From positions 5,307 through 38,793 of the forward strand of contig NW_014040061.1 of the NCBI RefSeq assembly GCF_001186125.1: a stretch of DNA of 33,487 bases, given 5' to 3'. Position numbers and translations under genes: made by a program. Numbering within the stretch: the first letter of the stretch is position 1; the number at the start of each line of letters is the position of its first letter. The stretch is from Sphaeroforma arctica JP610. Lineage: Eukaryota. The notes beneath the pieces were generated by a model. It made no database searches. It was not told the DNA's origin and worked only from the letters and a program-made list of their open reading frames with translations. Positions 1 through 11,200 of this stretch are shown piece after piece.

Positions 1-1055
1 TCAATCTCTTGCGACTAGAACATATAGCAGGTTTGTCGAACTTATTTGTCGTTCGCCTGTTTCGGATAGCTTTTGTGCGAGTTTCGGGATTTGCATGCAA
101 TACACTGAGAAAGTTCATTAGCGAATTAAAGTACATCTGAAAATAGCTTGTGATAAAATTTGTTGTAATATATCTGATGTTGTTGGCAGATTACGTTGAA
201 CGCAGCACCTAGAGATGTATATGATAGGCAAAGTCTGTGTCGCATCCCATGTTCTTGTATCCGAATACTCAAGGCCTGGTAGTGTCTCTAGCAGTTCGTA
301 TAACAGTCACTTTCGCTTGGATGTCGGTGTACTTAATTCAGTTCGTAAATGTAGCCCAGCTTGTGTTGAATATCGGTTTGATCAGTGTCACTCGATTACG
401 AGATATCTGTCTATGAGAAATATAGATTAGAATACTCTGTAACTATACTTTGCATGCACCCAGACCCTGCATCCCTGAGGGATCGTAGCCTGAGCGATCC
501 TAGATCACTGCTCTCTGGTTGCTGTATAGGCTTAATAGGAATATAGTGACACCTGCTATCAGACGTATATACTCACTATCACTGTCAACTTTCTCATAGA
601 CAGATATCCCACCCCCTCTCTCGTCTATGACATAGACCAACTATTTTCGGGCAGCACAGGCACCTTTCTTGTTTATATCAGTGACAGTCACTGTTGTCAA
701 TAGATAGTCAGCAAAGAGATGCTTGACCAGCGACATGATAGCTTGTTTTTCCTGCAGGCAGTTAACTGTTGATATTCTCTATGAACAATAAGTGGTTGTC
801 AGCCTATAAGTGTGCTACGGCTGTGAGTGAATAACTAACTGTGCACGTCTGGAGTGGCAATTAACTTGTGGTAATAGTGAGAACGAAGGGGCTGCGATGA
901 TTGCCTTGTATGCGGATACATGTTACTCGACATCACACTCTAGTCACACTAGTCTAATTAATCATCACACTATAGCTTTGGCGCTACATACTGGAGATAT
1001 TCCAGAGTTTATCATCTTATACTATTCGAATCACTCTAATTCTGGCCCATTGCAG

Positions 1056-1649
1056 GACGAAGGAAGCGAGAACAATCTCTACGGCACTGAAGTAGGCATA
1101 AACTGCGCTGGTACATTAGTCATAGTAGGCGAACCGGGTGCAGACGAGCACCACGGACGAGCGGATGTGTATGAGAGAGAGTACGAGGATGCGATGGCCG
1201 CTGCTAATGATGAGGAAGTAGCACAACAGTCGTACATAAAGTCAGCGGTCTCCAAGCAAAAGTGGCGCTATATCCACTCGCACAACCCTGACATCGGTAG
1301 GTATTATCAGAATGCATGTTTAGTAGTTTGTTTGAAAGCTGGTGGACAGGCTTCCTGGAAACCTGTGCAAATAGGCTGTTTTTTCTGACATACCGTTCCG
1401 CACATAGCATGCACACCTCGACTTTCAAATCATATATTTCTTCTAATTTTCTGTTCCGTGTATATGATGTAACCTCAAAGTTTGTATTGTTTGCTCATTC
1501 TCATTCTGTCAGAGGTTACAGAGCGCGGAATCGATCGCGGCTTTGGCATAAGTCTGAGCATGGATGGGGATGGGAGTACAATAGCCGTGGGATCTACGTA
1601 CCACTCACTCAATGTGTTCGAATTGGCTTTGACAAGTATGCCGTCATAG
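1056..1649 (+). CDS. 3' end (last two exons) of an FG-GAP-repeat (beta-propeller) protein; 5' part not resolved
   Basis: Exon 1056-1296 (tgcag| ... atcg|gtaggt) reads NLYGTEVGINCAGTLVIVGEPGADEHHGRADVYER. Exon 1513-1649 (gtcag|, phase-compatible) reads EVTERGIDRGFGISLSMDGDGSTIAVGSTYHSLNVFELALTSMPS*. Both fit the FG-GAP pattern FGxSVxxxxDGxTxxVGAP...GxxxVY. Confidence 0.7.
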
Positions 1650-1857
1650 CCACAGTCGGAGAACCGGACACCACTATCAGTCACGGTGCCCAAATGTAAA
1701 TATACACCACTGAATAAGCAATTAGTTAAGGTTATTAAAAATAGTATCTCTTAACTGCGCCTCTTTCACTTGAACTGATTAGTGGCACAGTACACACACC
1801 AGCCTACACACACCAGCCTAATCGCTCCCGAAATAGCTTCTGCTCTGTCTCGAGAAT

Positions 1858-3226
1858 CTACTTGTGTTCGTGAACCAAAAGTCGCACGAACAGCGAATGT
1901 GTTCTACATAACGGCCAAGCAAGCGCATAAAGCCGCTTGAGGAGCACGAGACACTTTTCATCCGGACCTGCGCTATTGTCCGGTGCCATATCCACTGCCT
2001 TGTACTCTTGGCTGATTTGTTGTAGTGAGGCTCCCGTTTGTACAACAACCTGTGCCAGCGACAGATTACAACGACGAGAGAATCTGTGTACCGCGATGAG
2101 TGTAGTAGCTAGTGATATAGCGGCTCTCTAGTCAGTTTGCACAGAGTACTCGATTGGCTCACTTGCACCGCCGGGAAAGTATTCGAAACTGTGGAACGAG
2201 TTTGCAAGTTGGTGCATGAGAGTGTACGCCAGATTTGTGGTCGAAGCTCAACTACAAATGCCATAGTCGCTTCAGCAACACTCTCGCTGAATAGAGTGAT
2301 CGCAGGTGTTGAAGTGCCGAATAGAGGCATTGACCTTTTGTGTGTGCTGCCGGCACCATGCTCAAGCAACTTTCTAAAAAGAGTCAATTGCCGCAAATCC
2401 ACTAAATTCCTTATCCATTATTTTACAACAACGATATGAATCGCCTGTCACAGTATTCGTCAATTAGATCCAATTTCTTTGTCAGCCACTAGTCTACAAT
2501 CTATCCGCGGATTTTGAGAACAGTCGTGCCTTATCACAACTTTTTGTCAATCTGGAAACTACGCAGCCAACAATAACGCGAAGTTTAGGAACACCTCCAC
2601 TAGTATTGACAACACTCCGTCTCATTATCACAACTCTCTCGTAGAAGCACACAGCTTGGTCGTGTACTTTTTCTTCCACGCAGACAAGTCTTCAAAGACC
2701 TCTTGCGTAAACAACAAAACTCCTCGTATATTTTAAATAATCTGTATGTACGACAAAACCCTCCATATAACACAATAATCCGCAATGAGGCCACAAGTGT
2801 GTGATCTGCTAATGTAATGCGCGTGAGATGATAGTTCCGATACACTTGAGTCCGATACCTTTCAGTGTGTTTTCTTGAAAACAGCAACAGTCGTAGTCTT
2901 ATAAAGTACCAATGACATACAAACAGTACATATGGCTTTAATTAACTCCAGCTTCGAGATGACAAATTCATCTCCTTGTGCCACACTCAAAGCACTCGAA
3001 GCACTCGAAGTTTGACAAGAACCATCTGCCCCGATACAGGGACGGTCATTACAATTTACCGTACCCCGCCCATCTCTCGGCTATAAAAATCATTAAGAAA
3101 ATCTAAAGCCATGACCTCATATAGACAAGGATTTGCCTGATTCATAGTATCATTCTCTCGGCTATAATAGTCATTAAGATAATTTAAAGACATGACCTCA
3201 TATAGACAGGGATTTGTCTGATTCAT
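1858..3226 (-). pseudogene. Tentative multi-exon gene or pseudogene of unknown function, possibly a diverged TRFH-like paralog
   Basis: Three stop-free, phase-compatible segments with GT-AG boundaries: 3080-2921 (donor gtatgt), 2401-2163 (donor gtgagc), 2049-1858 (ends TAG). The ATG-bearing segment at 3226/3145 is in a different frame from 3080-2921, so the start is unresolved or frameshifted. Confidence 0.3.
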
Positions 3227-3233
3227 AGTATCA
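3073..3233. repeat. Tandem duplication, 81-bp unit x2
   Basis: tctctcggctata...ttcatagtatca starts at 3073 and 3154; in frame on the minus strand as MNQ(T/A)NPCLYEVM(S/A)L(N/D)(Y/F)LND(Y/F)YSRE. Confidence 0.9.
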
Positions 3234-3336
3234 ACACAAACGAAGCTCAAACGAAACACACAAACGAAACAGATGTTAATTGGTTTGCCCACCCTGTGCC
3301 ACTGTGGCCTGCGCCCTGCGGTGACATAGCCTCCTA

Positions 3337-3367
3337 CATAGCCTTCTAAATCAAACAGAAGGCTATG
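3337..3367. promoter_or_regulatory. Palindromic element CATAGCCTTCT-N9-AGAAGGCTATG upstream of the TRF gene
   Basis: Perfect 11-bp inverted repeat; near-identical copies at 17126-17153 and 19464-19496. Regulatory function is inferred only. Confidence 0.4.
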
Positions 3368-3446
3368 CCTCCTACTAAACTAAAGGTGCACAGGCGGTAT
3401 AAATAATCATAGCCTCATGAAAATAGAACATAAATAATTAGAATAT

Positions 3447-3466
3447 AAAACCCTAAAACCCTAAAA
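3447..3466. promoter_or_regulatory. Telo-box-like AAACCCTAA x2 about 360 bp upstream of the TRF start codon
   Basis: aaaaccctaaaaccctaaaa contains two CCCTAA hexamers. Confidence 0.35.
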
Positions 3467-3817
3467 AAAACAAACTATATATAAAAAACACTGAAACCCA
3501 ACAAAGGACGATATTCATATTTAGACGATCAGTTGGCGATCCGACAACGATATTTCGAAAATCTGGTCACCTCACAATAGTAGAGTGTCTGCACAGTGCA
3601 CACCACCAATAGTTGAATATAAACAATCAACTACATGCGTCTATTTGTGTACTGACGAGGCCTTGTTACATGGAGTAGTAATACCACTCGTATCACGAAC
3701 TCTAGGTTTAAAATTTTACCTTGTTGCGAAGCGTATATTCTCACGAATGCAAAGTATAGAAGAAGACTTCAACCCCAAGTCTAAATTCAATCAATCAACG
3801 AACACACACCTATAACT

Positions 3818-5348
3818 ATGGATTCCGCAACGGAATCCGAAACGAGTACCTACGGGCGATTCAAGACAGAAGAAGAGGTTTTAAAAGGCCATGGGGTCCA
3901 AGCAGTGTGGCTGATTGAGTATCTCTCCCATCTGGTGTGCCAGGTGTGTATTATGGTCTCCGTTGAACTGTTTGCAACATGAACGACAAGCGTGTAGACA
4001 TATCATGTGCCAGGTGTGTGTGTGTTTCTGTTTTTAAATTGTTCAGTATATGAACAAGAAGTGCGTAAGCACATAATTGTTTGGCTTATCGACCATCTCT
4101 CTCATTTGGTGTGCCAGATGTGCATGTATACAAGTCTTCATACCCTTTAAGCACATTATCAACAAATAAGCGATCATGAAAACGGATATTGCATGCCGTT
4201 GAGATCGTATAGAATCCATGAGATAGGAACACCGCGCCTGTACTCATAATTATAGCCTCTCCTCAAATTAATGATTAGCTTCAGCTTTGGTGTAGTCGCA
4301 TCCAAGTTGATAGGAAACTCTTCATAGTTGCTGGTCTTTATTCCCAATATTCCACTCTGACGGTTATCCGTCATGTACCTGTTGCTTATGAATTAGAAGG
4401 TAACGACACGGGTTTTCTATATAGCTTTGTGATTGATCTAATTGAAGCTTCAACTTGTAAGTGTTTTCCTCCTGATGGTTGTAGTGCTCTCTGCCGTGCA
4501 TTGTCGATATTCACATAATGGCTTTCTGTCGTACGTGCTGTCTGTAGAGATAAACAACATACAAAAGATTTCCAACCAAAATAAGAACCAAGTGTATTTA
4601 TTGTTCTTTCCTGTGATGGATATCCAAATAATGGCTTTCTGTCGTACGTGCTGTCTGTAGAGATAAATAACATACAAATTATTTCCAACCAAAATAAGAA
4701 CCAAGTGTATTTATTGTTCTTGCCTGTCATCTTATTGCCTAGAGTTTAGTTTGGTGACGATGAGATACGTGCGATATCTCCGCTTTGCGTGATATGGAGG
4801 TCACTTCGCGCTAGTCGTGCTTGCTGACGTGAGATGAGTGTTCATTTGCTTCGCGCTTACGCTAATGTTTCAGTTGGTGCACACACAAGTGTATAAGGCA
4901 ATTCTGCGGTGTGTACTCATTTCCCTGCTTATTTATTACCCGCTTCCAGTATGCAGCTAACGGTCTTCCCACAGAAGCGCAATACAATCATTTGATTACT
5001 ACTAGGGATGGCAGCGGTATAGCAGATGATGAACTAGACAAAGTTGTTCTAGAGCGTTTCCTGATTGCCAGGGCGTACCACAACCTTGCTACTCTCTATA
5101 ATACCGGGGTGTGTCTATTGAATTTTTTTGTACGAGTTTTGTGTTGGATTGGGGAGGCATTGAATGGGTGCAAAAGATACATTTGCGTATTTTTTTATCC
5201 ATAGGCCATGTCAAAACCTATAAATATATAGACCTATTGTATACTTATATGTATGTATAAGTCTATGTCTATGCGTATGTATTTNNNNNNNNNNNNNNNN
5301 NNNNAATATGTATATATATATATATATATGCATATATATATATATATT

Positions 5349-5380
<32 letters not shown>

Positions 5381-6839
5381 TATCTATACAGAGCGGTATC
5401 AGTCAGGTACGTGTGTCCGGCGCTCGCCTATGCTATTGTATACATCATGTTTTACGTGGCATGTCTGCATAAAATTTAAGCGTCTATTCGCGATGGCTCG
5501 AGGCATAGCATTGATCGATATATTACATTGTGATACTATAAGTAGCTAGTTCGGCCCACTACACGCGAACGTTTTCTTCGCCATACGGTTATCGCATGCG
5601 TGCTTTACAGATACGTATGTTTCTCATGTATGTGTCGGCCCATGTCATCAAAATTACCAATTTTTAAGGTCCTTGATGAGTATGTCTCATTTGTTCTTCA
5701 AGCGTCTTGCGATTGCCTATCCAAATCGAATTTAAGTACCAGAATTGATTATCTTATCCGCGTGCGCCCAATTTATGTATTCAGTAACGTTTGCTCCAAT
5801 TTAAATAGCAATCGTTAAAGACGTCTCCCCTGTGATCTCGCTCTTGCTGCACCACCATAACGCAGAAGGATGCCAAGTACAAGCCCACAAAGAAAGACAA
5901 AGAACTGTTACGAGAGGCCTACGAGCTGCTGCAGGGCAGCAACCAGAAACTGCTGAATGGCGAAGGGGTGTTATTCATCCCTGAGTTAGTTTTGGTGAGT
6001 GCGTGTTGTGCAGCTTTCCTGTGAACATGTGGGAGTGGAACTGCGAGAAGTCTGTCAGGTTGGTGTAGATTCATTATACGGTGGTGCGTATAACTTGGCG
6101 GCGTGGTTTTAGTCGAAGGCGCCATGACAACAAACACAATTCATTGCTCTGTGCTTATTATGGGCTGGCATTGCGTGATAGCACTTCTTCCCATCCACGA
6201 TCCAATACGCCTGTAGCAAATCCAGGAGCTGCACGCTATATCGAAGTCTTTCTACAGTCATGTCCGCCTGTGTGTCCCGATCACTTCATGTGCGTGCCTT
6301 CTCATACACTGATGTTCACCATACCGTAGTGGCACGCTTGTTGTCTACACTCTTGATAGCAAACGCATTCGCACAACTACGACCTCGTGACCGCGTGTAT
6401 TCCTTGACTGGCTATTTTGTGGTCGTGATGTCGTCCGTTGTTCTGTATCAGCGACCGATAAGCCCTGGCTTAGAAATCGAAAGCATATGATGCTAAGGGT
6501 TTGCGTATCAATTGCTAAACCCGAATTTTATCCTTTCTGATGTCTTCTGTGCCCCCTATACGCACATAGATGCTACTTCACTTACGGGCGAAACTAGTGT
6601 TCGTCGAATCGAACGCGACGAATGGGCAGAAGACACTTGACAAATACTTCCCACCAACAGGTATGTCGAGTTCTATTGATTTTTAGCAATTATTATAGTC
6701 GCTGGTGGATGTCTTGTTGTCACTGGTGTGCGTGTGTGTGTGTGCTCCTCCTGGGTGGCTGGTACTGTATGCACTGCAGTTTGATGGATGTGATATATCT
6801 ATCTACCTGTCTATCTGTCTATCTGTCTATCTGTCTATT

Positions 6840-6872
<33 letters not shown>

Positions 6873-8208
6873 GCTCTTATGCCAACACGCACGGACCCAG
6901 CTTATGTCAAGCCCAAATTTCAATCGCTGTGCCGCAACTAGTCTTTTTATATTTCATTGACACATCAAGGCTGGGTCCACTCGATCGGCGAGTACTCGCA
7001 TCGACTTTCCTATCGTCTTGCTCGATTTTCCACTCATGATTAGCACCAGTCGAATATATTTCTTATCATTTGACTATATTGTAGATAGTGGTATTCAAAC
7101 GTCTAGTAGAACTGTGTTTCAATCTGACACTGGGTCTTCGTTTATTTACGGGATAGTTTGTTCTGTTGCAATGCGTTGGTTTTGTATAAAGAAATTCATT
7201 TGATTAGGCTATCACGGTACCATTTCTGTGTCACAAGGCATTCTACTAATTGGTTCGTTGCTGGGTGTGGTGCTTTGCCCTACGTCTTAGAGATTCACAG
7301 CGAAGAGAGGAATATTTACGATTCACTCAAGGTGGCGATGCTGAAGGAACCCTCACAACGAGATAAAGAGGTGGGTACCGTGCGCACTTCGCAGTTGGGC
7401 GTACGTCTGTGATCGAGGCCTTTTCAGTGAGTGTCTGAATCTGCATTCAGTACCCTGTCAGCACAAAGCATATAGTATTGGATACAATTGCATGTGTCAT
7501 TGACCGTAGTAGTGTGCGTCTAGGAACCGTTGATAGCTGCATATCTCAGCCTGTTCTTTGGCTCTGCGACGCATTTCCAGGCATCTAGACTGATAAGCCA
7601 GACCTGCTCTAATTTCAACTATTATTTGGACTTGAGCTTAAGCCTCTGATTTCCTTGTGAGAGTTGTTACCACACGGGCGTCTCTTTGTCTAATCATTTT
7701 CCGCCTTTCTTGCATTCATCTTTGGCGACAAATTCCAGTCGTTTGAATTCGTGCGCAAGTACTCGGAAGACGAAGACTCCCATTGGTTTAAGGTATTCTT
7801 CATGAAGAATATCGCGCCGCTAATGCCACGTGCCGAATACAAAGTCTCGGGAGACTTCGCTCACCTAGCAAAGGTATATCGAAGTGCGGTAGAGATTGAG
7901 GAACGGTTGGGTAAGAGCAAGGGTGTGACAGCCGACAAAACATCTGCACCAAGCGTGTCGAAGGACAAGTCGTAGGCCACGTGAGGAGTTGTCGTGTGGC
8001 ATACTGTTATGTGGGGTGTTGCTACCCTGCAGCCTGGCACATCTTATCAAATGGGGCTTATATGTTTTAGATCGATGGTGCTTGCCGGCTCAGTGCGAGC
8101 TAATGACACTAATGGATGAATGTTTGAATTCATTCTCATAGCCAGACTTTACCCCAAACGATACATACGCACACTCCACTTACACATACACTTGCACATA
8201 CGCACACG

Positions 8209-8244
<36 letters not shown>

Positions 8245-11200
8245 CGCTTCTGGACTGATTGTAAGTACTTCCGATCACGTTGCATGAGCATCGAGGAGTG
8301 CGGTAAAGCTGTACAGCCAGTAGCCGTTTCTCTGGTCTTTGGCACCTCGCACTCATAGGTGCACCGCTACACACATACTCGCAAGAGTGTGTATGCGATA
8401 CATAATACTTACACTTCATTTTGTGGACTACGTTCCCGTGCTGCGTACCGTGTAGTGGGGCCTTGCGTCAGTGCGTACACGCAAAACATATAACGCAATA
8501 CCGGATTGTCCCGGTATGGGCATTGATGTATTATAGCTATTTACTTGTTAGTTTGCGTCTACATGCTGTACGGCGACAACGAGCACGCATGCATGCATGC
8601 ATCCATTTCCGATCTCATGTTACTATAATGGTACGCCTGAGAGTGTGTACCATTGGCGCGCTTAATCATGCGTGTTGCACTAAACGCATGAGACAGTGAC
8701 CATACATCATAGAGCGTGCGAGTCATGGCTTGCATCTGTGTGGACGTTTGTGTCTCTATTTGCAAGGCTATTCAACTAAACACGGATCAAGCGATAGATA
8801 CTGCGCATCCAGGCGATAGATACACATGTGCCAGTCTGTCTGCAGATAGCATTCACGGGTGGTACGCGAGAACAGATCGTGTCCGTACATTCGGTAGCAC
8901 CAGTGAGACGATCAGTTGGTGATGATTTAATCTGTATCTGAACAACCGGAGCGGACGAAAGCCCAGGTAGAACAAAAAATGATTAAAGCTGCAACATACT
9001 CCTGAACCGGGATTTGGGCTATTTTCGTTTTACATTACAATAGCACACGTGTATGACCTAATTTAGCCTGTGATAGAGGCTATAGCTGCCAGACATTCTA
9101 TACATCACCGACATCTGCGGAGGGTTTCCTATCGCGGAAACGAAGTCCTCACTCTTCGCCTTTACTAAACAGGCATCGCGCTTGCATGCAACCTCTCCAA
9201 TCTACTACCAACAGCGGACTGACGATGATATAAATGCGGGCTGTTTCGGCATGTCCTACGGCAGCAAATCCGTACGAGCAACCAGCGAGGTCTCTAAAGA
9301 CGCTGGAGATCCGGTATGTTTCAGAAAACGGACACCCCCAGTTTAAGTAACCCGCCCTTCGCCGTGGTGGTAGTGTAAGATTAAAGATCCACTATAGATT
9401 CAATATCATAGGTCCACCATAGATTCAATATCATAGATCCACTATAGATTCAATATTATATATCCACTATAGATTCAATATTATAGATTGACTATAGATA
9501 CAATATCATAGATCCAATACCATAGATCCACTATAGATTCAATATCATAGATCCACTATAGATTCAATATCATAGATCCACTATAGATTCAATGCCATAG
9601 ATCCACTATAGATTCAATGCCATAGATCCACTATAGATTCAATACCATAGATCCACTATAGATTCAATATGCAAGGACTGGCTACGATAGACACCGCCAA
9701 TGTGTGATAATGGTGTCATGTTATTGAGTGCTCGTACTGTAGGCCTCTTGTTGCGTACTGGTACATGGGTGATCCTAGTTCGTACACGCATAGTGCGACG
9801 GCACAAGTAGGCTGTGATGGTGAGTGCGCCATCGCTGTGAGTTGCTAATTTCGTACTGATCGACTCTCCTCTTGCCCTCAATGAGCTCGCCTTACTATAT
9901 CCGCAGTCTCTCGTTAGTACGCAAACTGTACCCACGGTGTGCACTATATGATTGACTGTACATCCAAATGCTTGGATATACGGTCTCTACACTGAGCTCG
10001 AAGTGCTTTATCAGCATCAATAATCGGCGTGGCTCTACGTGCCCTCAGGCGTAGTCACTCTCGTCGAGTTACCTGCGTACCGATCATTTGATCGATGAGT
10101 ACACGATGTACAACGTAACAGACGGTCCTATCTCTATGTTATATTTGTGTGTACCTCTCGTGAGGCATGTCCTCACACCTTTGCCCCTGTAAGTCTTTCT
10201 GGTTTGCTAAACAGCATGTCTGCGTTCGAACGTCCCGGACATTACTGAGTGAGACTCTATGTGAGACATGAGATCTGACTCATTCGCAGCATTAATCGTT
10301 CTATAGCGTTATATTCACTACTTGTGCTGAAATCTTGAAAATGACCTCTGCATCATTATCATTTCTTGCTATGTATGTACAACGATCCACCATAGGTCCG
10401 AACACACATGCATACATACAGAAGTCCAATCGTCACAACAAACACGAACATGGCACGCTTGGGTCTTCCTTTTCTTTCAGCCTTGCACATCAGCCTTGCA
10501 CATCAGTAATGTGCCATGATCGCACTTTTCCAATTGTAGAGCGGTGTGGGAGTCAGTGTGGAAGTGGATGTGGCCATACAGAACGGAACGCACATACCCA
10601 CCAATTCGAGACTTGCACAGCCCCAGAAAGACGTATGTTTCACTACTACTTTGTGTGCGACTTTTATCTGGATTTAGTATTCCAATTGCTTTGCATTTCA
10701 TTATCATCGTCTGCCACACTGTATCTTCTGCCGATTCTGCCATTCACTCTGCTAAACGATCGGTTGCTATGGTTACCCTATTGCTGTAGTAGTGCACGCT
10801 TCATCGCACATGCATGCTACACGGCAATAGCAACAGTGGTATTTGAATTCAGGCCCATCCACCCCATCCTGTGTGGAGAATTGTGTACACACAACCGTCG
10901 ATATACACAGCTAGCGCCTTCTTTATCCCGCCAGCTGGAATCAGTGCGCCACCATTAACTGCTTCGCTTTCCTTATTTTATTGTGAATCGGGGTCTCTAC
11001 TCGGCCTATTAGCACATCCAGATCACTGACAATGCGTCGGGTGATACAAGCAGTGACGACGAGAGCATACCACTGGCCATGGGCCAAACGGCTATAGCTG
11101 TACTAGACCTAACCCAGTCTCGCAACCGACTGGCGCGCGATCTGGTGGATCCTCTGGATGTTCTCGTGGGTGCGGATGGCAACCGGCTGAAGGAATACAG

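Noticed and set aside
3820..3838. Hairpin GGATTCCG-caa-CGGAATCC at the TRF start codon
   Set aside because: An 8-bp stem can occur by chance in 33 kb; no other support.
4386..4730. ORFs with repeated WFLFWLEI motifs
   Set aside because: They arise from a 113-bp (non-triplet) intronic duplication.
9385..9670. CRISPR-like array
   Set aside because: Units are contiguous with no unique spacers, lie in a eukaryotic intron, and no cas genes are present.
10335..10958. 207-aa ORF
   Set aside because: No recognisable motif and intron-like composition; the supported exon here (10540-10632) is in another frame.
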